NCBI GenBank assembly: GCA_041744215.1
Contig: JBGTLG010000015.1
Location: 96,001 to 160,000 of the forward strand
Reading direction: 5' to 3'
DNA length: 64,000 nucleotides
Origin: Fimbriimonadales bacterium
GTDB lineage: Bacteria; Armatimonadota; Fimbriimonadia; Fimbriimonadales; ATM1
Below are positions 27,437-37,145 of this stretch, piece after piece. The notes under the pieces were generated by a model. That model made no database searches, had not been told where the DNA came from, and saw only the letters and a program-made list of their open reading frames with translations. The position numbers and the translations under genes were made by a program. The number at the start of each line of letters is the position of its first letter. The first letter of the stretch is position 1.

Positions 27437-28107
27437 CTTTGTCGGATCGACTCGGATCTCTCCGGCAGCGAATCTTGGACGCGTGCGATGCTTCAGGTAG
27501 GTCTGCGAAAGACGTCACGCTCATTGCTGCGTCGAAAGGGGCAACCTCGGCTCAGGTGGCGGAATTGGCCGATTGCGGAGTGGTCGACTTCGGGGAGAAC
27601 TACCTTCAGGAATCGCGCCTCAAGCGCGAAACGTGCAGAAGTGGCCTTGCATGGCATTTCATTGGGAGGATCCAGAGTAACAAAGCGCGACAGATCGGAA
27701 AAGAGTTTGACTGGATCCACACGATCGACTCGTTGAAAACAGCCAAGGTTGTCTCGCGGGGGGCTGAGGAGTCTGGATCAATCAAGGATGTTTTGATCGA
27801 GGTGAACATCGCCGATGAGCCCAACAAGGGCGGCGTGGAGCCCAGCGGAGTTGCAAATCTGGCCGAGTTGGTGTACTATGAACCCGGTGTCCGGCTCCGG
27901 GGCCTCATGACAATGGGACCCGCGAATCGAAATGCTGAGGAATTACGTCCGTACTTCCAAGCTATGCGAAGGCTCCTTGAGGGGCTGAGCATCGAAGGTG
28001 CGGACTGCTTGAGCATGGGAATGTCTCATGACTTTGACGTGGCGATCCAGGAAGGAGCCACCCACGTGAGAGTTGGAACAGCCCTCTTCGGACGCCGAAA
28101 AATCTAA
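27433..28107 (+). CDS. yggS: PLP homeostasis protein YggS/PipY
   Basis: LIAASK, FGENYLQE, WHFIGRIQSNK, GLMTM, LSMGMSHDF..AI.EGAT.VRVGT.LFG. GTG overlaps the phoU stop. Confidence 0.93.
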   Translation: MTLSDRLGSLRQRILDACDASGRSAKDVTLIAASKGATSAQVAELADCGVVDFGENYLQESRLKRETCRSGLAWHFIGRIQSNKARQIGKEFDWIHTIDSLKTAKVVSRGAEESGSIKDVLIEVNIADEPNKGGVEPSGVANLAELVYYEPGVRLRGLMTMGPANRNAEELRPYFQAMRRLLEGLSIEGADCLSMGMSHDFDVAIQEGATHVRVGTALFGRRKI

Positions 28108-28124
28108 GGAAGGAGTATTTACTC

Positions 28125-28517
28125 ATGGAAGAGCTGCAAGAAACCACCCAGCGTGGCGTTTTCGAGAGACTTTTGGGCACGTTCCGGCGGCACGAGGTCG
28201 AGGACGACGAGGTTGAGTTGGGAGCACCTATGGCTCCTGGTCGACTGTATCACATCACCGTTCGAAGGCAGGTAGTCAGTTTCGCTGACGCAGTGTCGGC
28301 GGCAGATGGTCTAAAGCGAAACGAACAGCAAATTCTCAATCTCTGCTCGGCTGACAGTCAGTTGAGAGAGAAGATAAAGGACTTCCTTGCTGGCGTGAAC
28401 TACGCCCAGGAAGGGACTTGGGAGGAGCTCGGAGAGCACGTATACCTGCTGGCTCCGAGTAATGCCAGGGTCGAGACGGCTCCGGCAACTCCCAGAATCG
28501 CTGCCACCCAGAATTAG
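28125..28517 (+). CDS. sepF: Cell division protein SepF (divergent)
   Basis: SF.DA...AD.LK....ILNL...IKDFLAG..YA..G.....G..VYLLAP.N pattern. Conserved yggS-sepF order. Confidence 0.8.
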   Translation: MEELQETTQRGVFERLLGTFRRHEVEDDEVELGAPMAPGRLYHITVRRQVVSFADAVSAADGLKRNEQQILNLCSADSQLREKIKDFLAGVNYAQEGTWEELGEHVYLLAPSNARVETAPATPRIAATQN

Positions 28518-28705
28518 TCCCCCACGTTCACAACCTGTCCTGCTAACCCGCGGGCCGGAGCGCACTCTCCCAAACTGAGGCGCCCTGCAGCCAAAAACGC
28601 CTCATGCGTTTCCGGCCCGCACTTTCCCGCAAGCCCTGAGGGAATTACCTGGCATCGGCTGTGCTCCACGTGGAATGACTTGCTCTGGAGTGGGACCGAG
28701 CAAGT

Positions 28706-30430
28706 ATGCTCACGGGCGAAGTATTTCTACAAGATGGACTGATTACTGAGGAACAGCTGCGCCTTGCGAACGAGAAGCAGCTTGAACTCGGAGGAAACGA
28801 GCCGATTGCCAACGTGCTCGTTTCGATGGGGTTTATCACCGAGAAGGACCGCGTCCGGCGACTCGGAATCCTGTGGGGGGTTGAGTTCGCGGACCTCACA
28901 GAGAGTCAGCCCGAACCAGCCATTCCTCTACTGATCTCCTCAACTTTCGCACGAAAGTTCAAGTGTTTGCCCATGCGGCAGGACGGCGACAGATTGTTCG
29001 TTGCGATGGCCAATCCGCTGGACGTCTTCGTTATTGATGAGTTGCGGATGTTGGCTGGGAAGGAGATCGAAGCTCTCATCGCGGTCGAGGACGAGCTCGT
29101 TTCGGCGATCAACGCTTCGTATTCTCGCGACGGCGCCCTAAGCGACCAGCTCAAGGGTGTTATGGCAGACTTTGACAGTGACGTCCAGTTTTCAACTGCC
29201 AACGATGACGATGAAGTCAGCGACGATGAACTCCGGGAAATGGGCGACGATGCGCCGGTTATTCGGTTGGCGAATCTCATCATAAATCAGGCTATTTCAG
29301 ACGGCGCGAGCGACATTCACATAGAACCAGGAAAGGAAATGGTTAAGGTTCGCTATCGAGTCGACGGCGTGCTGCGCGACTCGATGGTCGTTCCGAAGAA
29401 GATTCAGGCACCGCTCACCAGCCGCTTCAAGATCATGTCCAACATGGACATCGCCGAAAAGCGCGCGCCGCAGGACAATCGCATCGCAGCAGTCATAGGT
29501 GGTCGCGAATTCGACTTCCGTGTTAGCACACTCCCAACAATTTTTGGCGAGAAGATTGTTATGCGCGTACTCGACCGAGCTAACGTAAACATCGGGCTTG
29601 CGAAGCTGGGATTCCTTCCCGATACACTGCAGCAACTTGAGGATGCATGTGGGCGTTCGTACGGGATTATCCTGGTTACAGGACCTACCGGGTCGGGAAA
29701 GTCAACCACCCTATACTCTGTACTCAACAAGATCAGCAACGGGGAGAATAACATTATCACCATTGAGGATCCCGTTGAGTATGAGTTAGACGGAATTAGT
29801 CAGTGCAACGTGAATGTCCGCGCCGGAATGACATTCGCGGCAGGCCTGCGATCAATGCTTCGGCAAGATCCTGACGTCATCATGGTCGGTGAAATGCGCG
29901 ACAAGGAGACTGCCACCATAGCGATGGAGGCAGCGCTTACCGGACACTTAGTCCTCAGCACGCTCCACACCAACGACGCAGCCGGCTCAGTCACCCGACT
30001 GATCGATATGGAAGTCGAGCCATTTTTGATCGCCAGCTCGATCGTCGCCGTGCAGGCGCAACGGTTGGTACGCACGATTTGCCAAAAATGCAAGGAGCCG
30101 TTCGTCGTGCCTCGCGAAGCACTGCTCAGGTACGGGTTTCCCCTTCCTGACGGTGTCGGTGTTGAGACCGACGGCAAGCTTAATCTTTTCAAGGGCGCAG
30201 GTTGCGACCGATGCTCGAGCACCGGCTACAAAGGGCGAACGGGAGTGCACGAACTGTTGACCGTAACTGACGAGCTCAGGGATGAGATTCTCAAGCGGGC
30301 GCCAAGCCATGCCATCCGAAACATCGCATCGACTCAAGGTATGCGAACGCTACAAGAAGATGCAGTTCAGAAAATTCTCTTGGGGCAGACAACAATTGAC
30401 GAAGTGTTGAGAGTTATCTACGCGGGGTAG
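28706..30430 (+). CDS. pilB: Type IV pilus extension ATPase PilB with MshEN/N1 domain
   Basis: N-terminal GLITEEQL...Q, AMANPLD, APVIRL, ASDIHIEP, GPTGSGKSTT, LRQDPD, STLHTND, CxxC/CxxC, GYKGR. Confidence 0.92.
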   Translation: MLTGEVFLQDGLITEEQLRLANEKQLELGGNEPIANVLVSMGFITEKDRVRRLGILWGVEFADLTESQPEPAIPLLISSTFARKFKCLPMRQDGDRLFVAMANPLDVFVIDELRMLAGKEIEALIAVEDELVSAINASYSRDGALSDQLKGVMADFDSDVQFSTANDDDEVSDDELREMGDDAPVIRLANLIINQAISDGASDIHIEPGKEMVKVRYRVDGVLRDSMVVPKKIQAPLTSRFKIMSNMDIAEKRAPQDNRIAAVIGGREFDFRVSTLPTIFGEKIVMRVLDRANVNIGLAKLGFLPDTLQQLEDACGRSYGIILVTGPTGSGKSTTLYSVLNKISNGENNIITIEDPVEYELDGISQCNVNVRAGMTFAAGLRSMLRQDPDVIMVGEMRDKETATIAMEAALTGHLVLSTLHTNDAAGSVTRLIDMEVEPFLIASSIVAVQAQRLVRTICQKCKEPFVVPREALLRYGFPLPDGVGVETDGKLNLFKGAGCDRCSSTGYKGRTGVHELLTVTDELRDEILKRAPSHAIRNIASTQGMRTLQEDAVQKILLGQTTIDEVLRVIYAG

Positions 30431-30436
30431 GAGATC

Positions 30437-31324
30437 ATGTACGCACAAGCAAATCCAGAGCAAAACAATTCACTGACTGCGATTCTCGCCAAAGTTGGCG
30501 AGATCGCGGCGATGCCGCAGGTGGTATACAAGATCATTGAGCTTACGGGAACTACAGCAACTTCTGCTCAAGCGATTGAAGACGCCATCTCTCTTGATCC
30601 GGGGTTCAGCAGTAAGGTGCTGATTCTCGCGAATAGCGCCTTTTACGCGCTCCCACGTCGAGTTACTTCAATTCGTGAAGCGGCAACCTTCATGGGCTAT
30701 AAGACCATCCGGCAACTCGCGATGACGGTCGGTGTCTTCGACATGTTCGTTGGCAAGAACGACTCGGGAAGCTTGCGCCGCCGGACCTGGTGGCGCCACA
30801 GTGTCGATGCCGCTGTTTGTGCAAAGTCCATTGCGAAGTGTACGCCCGTCGTCGATCCTGAAGACGCGTACTCTTGCGCTCTCCTGCACGACGTTGGCAA
30901 GTCGCTTCTCGACCGCGCAACCCAGGGCGAATACGCTCAGGTCGAAGAACTTGTTGCTGGAGGCACGGACGTGCTTTCCGCCGAAACTGAAGTGTTTGGA
31001 TGCACACACATGGAGCTTGGCGCGGCTGCGGCGGCACGGTGGAATCTGCCGCAGATGATCATTGACAGCATCGCCATGCACCACGGCGGAGCGAGCGGCG
31101 ACTTCACACAGCATGTGGCCGTGACGTGCATTGCGAGCGAATTCGCACATCAGATCGTTGAGGGCCGAAAGCAAGCTACCGAAGTTGAAGAAGCAACCGA
31201 GGCTCCTAAACTGCGAGCGAGTGAGTGGGCCACCACCGCGCTCACAATAGACGATATCAAGATCAAACAGTGTTATGACATTTGCAAGGCGACCATTACG
31301 CAACGGACAGGGATGGCGCTCTAG
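30437..31324 (+). CDS. Stand-alone HDOD domain protein
   Basis: MPQV, DPGFSSKVLILANSAFY, SIREA..MG, WRHS, LLHDVGK, E...G.TH..LG....RWNLP....I..HH. Confidence 0.9.
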   Translation: MYAQANPEQNNSLTAILAKVGEIAAMPQVVYKIIELTGTTATSAQAIEDAISLDPGFSSKVLILANSAFYALPRRVTSIREAATFMGYKTIRQLAMTVGVFDMFVGKNDSGSLRRRTWWRHSVDAAVCAKSIAKCTPVVDPEDAYSCALLHDVGKSLLDRATQGEYAQVEELVAGGTDVLSAETEVFGCTHMELGAAAAARWNLPQMIIDSIAMHHGGASGDFTQHVAVTCIASEFAHQIVEGRKQATEVEEATEAPKLRASEWATTALTIDDIKIKQCYDICKATITQRTGMAL

Positions 31325-31333
31325 GAGGAAACC

Positions 31334-32569
31334 ATGTCAAGTAACTTCGATTGGAACAAAGCATTGCCGGATGGCGACCCAGGTGCGTCCCTGGAACCAG
31401 CGACAAAAGCACCAGAACCCGTCGGTATTGACCCGCGAAACGGTATGCCGATGGCGCCGGCGGAGCCGAGCGTGCGGTTGAACAACCACGAAGAGGTACG
31501 ATCGGTCGAGGACGTTCACATTGACGAGCTCCTTGTTGAGTGCGTGGAGAGGAAGGGCTCAGACCTCCACATTACTTCGAACCTACCGCCGACTATTCGT
31601 CTTGATGGCGATCTGACTTCCCTTCCCTATCAACCTCTCGAGTCGAGACAGACGCAGCGCCTTGTCTACGATATTCTTTCTGACTCGAATGTCCAGAAGT
31701 TTGAGGAGACTAGGGAACTGGACTTCTCGCACAGCATCAAGGGGATAGGACGATTTCGCGTCAACGTGTATATGCAGCGAGACTCGCTCGCTGCGGCGTT
31801 TCGTGCGATTCCCACTTCGATCCCGTCGTTCGAGGATCTTCGACTTCCGCCGATTATTCGCGAGATGGCGAAGCGATCGAGCGGACTCGTGCTTGTCACC
31901 GGACCGACGGGCTCGGGCAAGTCAACAACAATCGCTTCGATGATCGACGACATCAACGTCACGCGCAGGTGTCACATCATGACGATCGAGGACCCGATCG
32001 AGTACCTGCACCAGCATAAAACAGCGATGGTCAACCAGCGCGAAGTTCACCACGACACGATGAACTTTAACAACGCGCTCCGGGCAGTTTTGCGCGAGGA
32101 CCCGGACGTTATCCTCGTCGGAGAAATGCGTGACTTGGAGACAATCACTGCGGCGCTTACACTCGCAGAGACGGGCCACTTAGTGTTCGGGACCCTCCAC
32201 ACGCGAAATGCGCCGCAAACTGTGGACCGCGTCGTCGACGTGTTTCCGCCCGACCAACAAGAACAGATACGAGTCTTGTTAGGAAACGTCCTTGAGGGGG
32301 TCGTCGCACAGCAACTGCTTCCCAAGCTTGGTGGCGGGCGAATCGCAGCGATCGAGGTGATGCTCGCAACCCCTGCGGTGCGGAACCTCATTCGAGAAGG
32401 CAAGACTCACCAGATGTACAGCGTTCTCGAAACCAGCAGCCAACAAGGTATGCAGACCATGGACCGCGCCCTCCAGGAGCTTTACAAAAACGGATACGTC
32501 TCGTTCGACGAAGCGTTGATGAGGGCGATCGATCAAGAAAACTTCGCCCGCCTTACAAAGGCGGCGTAG
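31334..32569 (+). CDS. pilT: Type IV pilus retraction ATPase PilT
   Basis: SDLH, RFRVN, GPTGSGKSTT, TIEDPIE, LREDPDVILVGEMRD, AETGHLV, AVRNLIRE, GMQTMD. Confidence 0.95.
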   Translation: MSSNFDWNKALPDGDPGASLEPATKAPEPVGIDPRNGMPMAPAEPSVRLNNHEEVRSVEDVHIDELLVECVERKGSDLHITSNLPPTIRLDGDLTSLPYQPLESRQTQRLVYDILSDSNVQKFEETRELDFSHSIKGIGRFRVNVYMQRDSLAAAFRAIPTSIPSFEDLRLPPIIREMAKRSSGLVLVTGPTGSGKSTTIASMIDDINVTRRCHIMTIEDPIEYLHQHKTAMVNQREVHHDTMNFNNALRAVLREDPDVILVGEMRDLETITAALTLAETGHLVFGTLHTRNAPQTVDRVVDVFPPDQQEQIRVLLGNVLEGVVAQQLLPKLGGGRIAAIEVMLATPAVRNLIREGKTHQMYSVLETSSQQGMQTMDRALQELYKNGYVSFDEALMRAIDQENFARLTKAA

Positions 32570-32586
32570 GCGCCAGTCCCACGGCG

Positions 32587-32627
32587 GCCAATTTGGAGGC
32601 TCCAGTGAATCTGGGGCCTCCATTGGC
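32587..32627 (+). terminator. Stem-loop after pilT (possible terminator or stabiliser)
   Basis: TGGAGGCTCCAG-TGAAT-CTGGGGCCTCCA, extended by GCCAA/TTGGC. No clear U-tract. Confidence 0.45.
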
Positions 32628-32735
32628 ATCTCGGTGAGGATCCTCTTTGGTGACATCCGTGCTTCGCTGCATCTCTTGCTCGGTTTTCTCCGTCATACTG
32701 ATACCGACTTCACAATCAAATCCTCGGAGGGAGAC

Positions 32736-33269
32736 ATGTCAGACGAAACTCAAGGCCAACCGCCGCAAGACCACCAACCGAATCCACCTGAGCAGCCGGC
32801 CGCTCCACAAGAGCCGCAACCACAGCCGCCCGGCTCTCCACCAGAGAATTGGCAAAACCCGCCTGGCGCTGCGCCTAATCCAGACCCACACGGACTCGGA
32901 CCAACGTCGATGGGCATGGCGCCTACGGCCGCAGCCGCGATCAGCTATGTGTTTGGCTGGGTTACAGGACTGATCTTCTTCCTTTCGGAGAAGACGAACA
33001 AGTTCGTGCGGTTCCACGCGATGCAGTCCATACTGCTGTCCGTGGTACTGATGGTGTTGTGGTTCGTAGTGTTCATGATCAGTCTTTTTGCAATAGGGAC
33101 CGCGACACAAACTGGGGGTTTCATGTTCATCGCGATCAGCTGCCTGAGTTGGATCGTGTTGCTGGGCTACTTGGTTTTGTTGGTAGTTTGTATCATTCAA
33201 GCAGCAACTGGCAAGTGGTTCAAGCTCCCCATAATCGGCGACTTTGCGGCAAAGCAAGCCGGGGTATAG
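32736..33269 (+). CDS. DUF4870-type membrane protein with Pro/Gln-rich N-terminus
   Basis: GGAGGG RBS. AAAISYVFGWVTGLIF, FVRFHAMQS, FKLPIIGDFA. Confidence 0.85.
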   Translation: MSDETQGQPPQDHQPNPPEQPAAPQEPQPQPPGSPPENWQNPPGAAPNPDPHGLGPTSMGMAPTAAAAISYVFGWVTGLIFFLSEKTNKFVRFHAMQSILLSVVLMVLWFVVFMISLFAIGTATQTGGFMFIAISCLSWIVLLGYLVLLVVCIIQAATGKWFKLPIIGDFAAKQAGV

Positions 33270-33283
33270 GATCTCTGGACTCT

Positions 33284-33323
33284 CATCCACGGCCAGCGAC
33301 TATCGCTGGCCGTGGATGCTTTT
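33284..33323. terminator. Intrinsic terminator between convergent genes
   Basis: Perfect 16-bp stem CATCCACGGCCAGCGA-CTA-TCGCTGGCCGTGGATG followed by CTTTT. Confidence 0.8.
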
Positions 33324-33816
33324 AGAGCCCCATTATCAGTGGGACCAGGTTGAGTGTTAGGGAAAGAATCAGGAATACAACGGACACAATCAGAAAGATG
33401 ATGCTTAGCATCTTGAGCGTTTGACCTCGCTGATCACCTGCAGCAAGCACCTTGTTCGCGTTCACGATCGCCAATGGATAGAAAATCCAGGCAAGAATCG
33501 TGCAGCAGACACATCCGAAGGTGCCGATTCCGAAGTAAGTCCAGCCCATGTTCAGGTCGTTCTGTGCACTCGGTGAGAACCCGGGAAGCGGCTGGTGAAC
33601 ATTTTGAGCCCGAGGATATGGAGACGGCGGCTGCGCGGGGCTGCCGGGCATAGCCGAGAACAATCCTGGCACCGTAGATGCAGATACCTCGAATCCGCTG
33701 TCCATCTCGACTACCATGGTCGTAGGCAGCACCCTGCCTTCTCTAACCCATTGACGCAAGACATCTATGGGGACTGGCCCATAAGTCTTCCCATCCGGAC
33801 CGCGTACCGAATACAT
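33322..33816 (-). CDS. GYF_2/DUF4339-like domain membrane protein
   Basis: YGPV....LRQWVREGRV.PTT N-domain, Pro-rich linker, two TM helices with a CVCC cluster. Confidence 0.7.
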   Translation of the reverse strand: MYSVRGPDGKTYGPVPIDVLRQWVREGRVLPTTMVVEMDSGFEVSASTVPGLFSAMPGSPAQPPSPYPRAQNVHQPLPGFSPSAQNDLNMGWTYFGIGTFGCVCCTILAWIFYPLAIVNANKVLAAGDQRGQTLKMLSIIFLIVSVVFLILSLTLNLVPLIMGL

Positions 33817-33819
33817 CGA

Positions 33820-35733
33820 TTAGGAAACCTGCACGACCTCGTAGGCTTCGATGACATCGCCCTCTTTGAATCCAGTCCAGTTTTCGAACTGGATGCCACA
33901 CTCGAAACCGGCTGCCATTTCGCGCACGTCCTCCTTGATATGTTTTAGCGACTCGATTCGGCCTTCGTAGACTACCTCGGCGTCGCGCCTCACGCGGCAC
34001 TTCGAGCCACGGAGCACCTTGCCCTCGGTTACGTAGCAGCCAGCGACAAAGCCCTGCTTCGTAAGCTTGAATGCAACTCGGATCTCAACTGTTCCGAGAT
34101 GTCGCTCCTCGAACTTCGGCTCGAGCATTCCCTTAACCGCCTGCTCAATGTCTTCAATCAATTCGTAGATGACCTTATAGAGCCTGACTTGGACGCGTTG
34201 ACGTTCCGCTTCCGCCTTCGCAGATGGCTCGATCTTAGTATTGAAGCCGACGACGATTGCCCCCGAAGCTGAGGCGAGCAAGATGTCCGTCTCGGTCACC
34301 GAGCCGACGCCGGAGTGAAGCAGCTTTACGTCGATCTCTTCGTTCTCAATCTTCTCGATGAGCCCCTTCACCGCTTCTACCGATCCTTGGACGTCGCCCT
34401 TTACAATGATGCGCAATTCTTTGGTGACACCCTCTTCGAGTCGCTGCTTCAACGTTTCGAGTGTGACCCTTGCCCCACCGTCGACCATCGCGACTTCGCG
34501 GGCGTCCGAGCGGAGCGTTTCCGCCTCGCTTCGGGCAACCTTCTCGTCTAGGAACACACGCAATGTGTCGCCTGCAAACGGGACTTGATCGAGGCCTAGA
34601 ATCTCAACTGGCGTACTCGGTCCGGCGTCTTTCAGCGGCTTGCCTTGGAAGTCGAACATCGCTTTGATCTTGCCAACGGCGTGGCCAGCGAGTACGTGAT
34701 CGCCCGACTTGAGCGTCCCGCTTTCGATGAGCGCCGTCGCGACGGGGCCGCGGCCTTTGTCCAGTCGTGCCTCGATCACAACACCCTCTACTTCCCCACC
34801 CGCGTCGGCCCGCAGATCCATCAAATCTGCCTGGAGCACGATTGTTTCTAACAGATTGTCAACTCCATCACCCGTCATTGCGGACACAGGCACGACTTCT
34901 ACTGTGCCGCCGAAATCGGTCGGGACAAGCTCATGCTCCAGAAGTTGCTGCTTGACCTTGGGAACATTCGCTTCTGGCCGATCGATCTTGTTGACCGCCA
35001 CGATGACCGGAACTTCGGCATTCTTCGAGTGGTTGATTGCCTCGATCGTTTGAGGCATTACGCCGTCGTCGGCAGCAACGACGAGTATCGCGATATCGGT
35101 GACTGATGCACCTCTCGCCCGCATTGCTGTGAACGCTTCGTGGCCGGGAGTATCAAGGAAGGTGATCTTCTTGCCACCCACGTCTACCTGATAAGCTCCA
35201 ATGTGCTGCGTGATCCCGCCAAACTCTTTTTCAGCTACCTTGGCCTTCCTAATGTAATCGAGCAAGCTAGTTTTGCCATGATCGACGTGCCCCATGATCG
35301 TGACAATCGGCGCGCGAGGCTGGCTCCCGACCGCGCGCTTCCTCGGGCGGTCTTCTTCTTTGGCCTTCGGCTTGGGCGGCTCCGCCCATTTGATAGTGAA
35401 GCCAAAATCAGAGACGATTTTCTCGGCGACGTCTTCAGCGAGAGAAGTGGTCAGGGCAGCAAGCGTCCCAGACTTCATGAGGGCTTTCTGCACCTCGGCA
35501 TGCCCGAGGTTCAGCGCTCCAGCGATATCTCTCGGAGTTGCCCCGGGCGGCAACACAACTTGCTTTGCCTGCACCATCTCAGCGACGGCTTCCCTTAGGA
35601 GCTCTAGGGTGTCTGAATCGATCTCTACGCTCCCGTTCTCAGAGAACACGCCGAGTTCGGCGAGCACGAATGAAACCTGCGAAGGCAAGGCCTTCAGGTC
35701 ATTCGCAAGCGCGTCGATTTCAACCTTTGACAT
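33820..35733 (-). CDS. infB: Translation initiation factor IF-2
   Basis: [49 protein letters not shown]. Start is ATG 35733 or TTG 35745. Confidence 0.97.
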   Translation of the reverse strand: MSKVEIDALANDLKALPSQVSFVLAELGVFSENGSVEIDSDTLELLREAVAEMVQAKQVVLPPGATPRDIAGALNLGHAEVQKALMKSGTLAALTTSLAEDVAEKIVSDFGFTIKWAEPPKPKAKEEDRPRKRAVGSQPRAPIVTIMGHVDHGKTSLLDYIRKAKVAEKEFGGITQHIGAYQVDVGGKKITFLDTPGHEAFTAMRARGASVTDIAILVVAADDGVMPQTIEAINHSKNAEVPVIVAVNKIDRPEANVPKVKQQLLEHELVPTDFGGTVEVVPVSAMTGDGVDNLLETIVLQADLMDLRADAGGEVEGVVIEARLDKGRGPVATALIESGTLKSGDHVLAGHAVGKIKAMFDFQGKPLKDAGPSTPVEILGLDQVPFAGDTLRVFLDEKVARSEAETLRSDAREVAMVDGGARVTLETLKQRLEEGVTKELRIIVKGDVQGSVEAVKGLIEKIENEEIDVKLLHSGVGSVTETDILLASASGAIVVGFNTKIEPSAKAEAERQRVQVRLYKVIYELIEDIEQAVKGMLEPKFEERHLGTVEIRVAFKLTKQGFVAGCYVTEGKVLRGSKCRVRRDAEVVYEGRIESLKHIKEDVREMAAGFECGIQFENWTGFKEGDVIEAYEVVQVS

Positions 35734-35995
35734 ACGTTTCTTCAAGTTCTCGAAGCAACTGCTGCTCCAGCAAGTCCCAGTCTACCGAACCGACATCAAT
35801 TCGCAGAGTCCTGGCAAACGCCCGCCGCTTCACGGCGTCTGCGATGCACCCGGCATCTCTGCACACGTAGGCGCCCCTTCCCATCGCCCCAAAACCAATG
35901 TGCCCTTCTTGCCCCCGGGACACTCTGATCAGCGTCCCTTTCTCTGCTGATCGCCGACAGGAAACGCATCGCCGCAGTGGGTTTCGATCTGACAG
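35720..35995 (-). CDS. ylxR: YlxR/RnpM family RNA-binding protein (start uncertain)
   Basis: PLRRCVSCR, LIRV, GRGAYVC...C...A.K...F.R.L, between nusA and infB. Start is CTG 35995 or TTG 36061. Confidence 0.8.
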   Translation of the reverse strand: MSDRNPLRRCVSCRRSAEKGTLIRVSRGQEGHIGFGAMGRGAYVCRDAGCIADAVKRRAFARTLRIDVGSVDWDLLEQQLLRELEETYVKG

Positions 35996-35996
35996 C

Positions 35997-37064
35997 TTAT
36001 CCCTCGCTTGCGGCCTGCACAGCGGCCTCGGCTGCGGCCTCGGTCTCGCTCTTGATGTCAATGTTCCAACCGGTCAGTTTGTGAGCAAGTTTTGCATTGA
36101 GCCCGCCTTTGCCAATCGCCAGGCTCAACTGGCTGTCAGGCACCACGACGAGAGCGCGGCGGTCCTCCTCAATGGTCTTTACCGATGAAACCTTTGCGGG
36201 GCTAAGCGAGTTAGCAATGAACACCTTCGGATCGTCGCTCCAGGGAATGATGTCAATCTTCTCATCATAGAGCTCGTTGACGATGGCTTGGACTCGCGCG
36301 CCGCGCTGCCCGACGCACGCTCCGACAGCATCCACTCGCTCGTCAGTTGACAGCACAGCAATTTTGCTTCTAACACCGGGCTCACGCGCGACGCCCTTGA
36401 TCTCAACTGTTCCCGCGCCGATTTCTGGGACCTCTAAGTCAAACAGCTTTGGAACCAATTCGTCCGCACGGCGAGAGACGCGCACCCTCGGGCCACGCTT
36501 TGTTTCTTCGACCCCGCGCACGAAGACCTTCAGCCTATCATTGATTCGATAGGGTTCGCTTCGGACTTGATCCTCTTTCTTGAGGACACATTCACTCCGT
36601 CCGGCCTGCAACACGACATCGGGTCCTTCGCGACGAATCACGATTGCGCTAACAAGCTCACCTTGCTTGTCACCGAACTCTTCAACAGTCCGTCGGCGCT
36701 CTGCTTCGCGCAATTTTTGCTGCAGAACCTGCTTAAAGGTTTGCGCTGCAATTCGTCCGAACAATTCCGGCGCGATTTCCATTGGGATGAAATCGCCTAT
36801 CTCTACGTCAGGTTTGCGTTTCCGCGCGTCTTCGATACTGATCTGGAAAAAGTGATTGGTCACATGGCCCACAACCTCTTTCTCGCAGATAGCAGTCATG
36901 TGCGCCTTCTGCGTGTCGATATGGACAGTCACGTCGCCCGTCGCTCCGACATGCTTCTTGTATGCGGCGGCCAGGGCGATTTCGACCTCTTCAATCAGCT
37001 CTCGAACCGGAAGATCCCTCTCTTGGGCGATCTGTTCGAGCATCAATACAAATTCTCTGTCCAT
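35997..37064 (-). CDS. nusA: Transcription termination/antitermination factor NusA
   Basis: FGRIAAQTFKQV, SR, LF.LEVPEI, AREPG.RSKIAV, VGACVG.RG.RV, LSLAIGKGG.NAKLA.KLTGW.IDI. Confidence 0.97.
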   Translation of the reverse strand: MDREFVLMLEQIAQERDLPVRELIEEVEIALAAAYKKHVGATGDVTVHIDTQKAHMTAICEKEVVGHVTNHFFQISIEDARKRKPDVEIGDFIPMEIAPELFGRIAAQTFKQVLQQKLREAERRRTVEEFGDKQGELVSAIVIRREGPDVVLQAGRSECVLKKEDQVRSEPYRINDRLKVFVRGVEETKRGPRVRVSRRADELVPKLFDLEVPEIGAGTVEIKGVAREPGVRSKIAVLSTDERVDAVGACVGQRGARVQAIVNELYDEKIDIIPWSDDPKVFIANSLSPAKVSSVKTIEEDRRALVVVPDSQLSLAIGKGGLNAKLAHKLTGWNIDIKSETEAAAEAAVQAASEG

Positions 37065-37084
37065 TTCTTCGACCTTCCTGGAAC

Positions 37085-37111
37085 AAAAAAGGATGGCGGA
37101 GGGCCATCCTT
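37085..37111 (-). terminator. Terminator/attenuator hairpin in the nusA leader
   Basis: Minus strand AAGGATGGC-CCTCC-GCCATCCTT-TTTT, ending about 20 nt before the nusA ATG. Confidence 0.75.
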
Positions 37112-37136
37112 GCTTCTGCCCACAAGTTATCGGCGG

Positions 37137-37145
37137 ATTATAGCA
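37137..37145 (-). promoter_or_regulatory. Extended -10 promoter element for nusA
   Basis: Minus strand TGCTATAAT (TGn + TATAAT) upstream of the leader hairpin. Confidence 0.7.

Noticed and set aside
36010-36045. Short GCGGCCT(C/G) repeats at the nusA 3' end
   Set aside because: Explained by the Ala/Glu-rich C-terminal tail of NusA.
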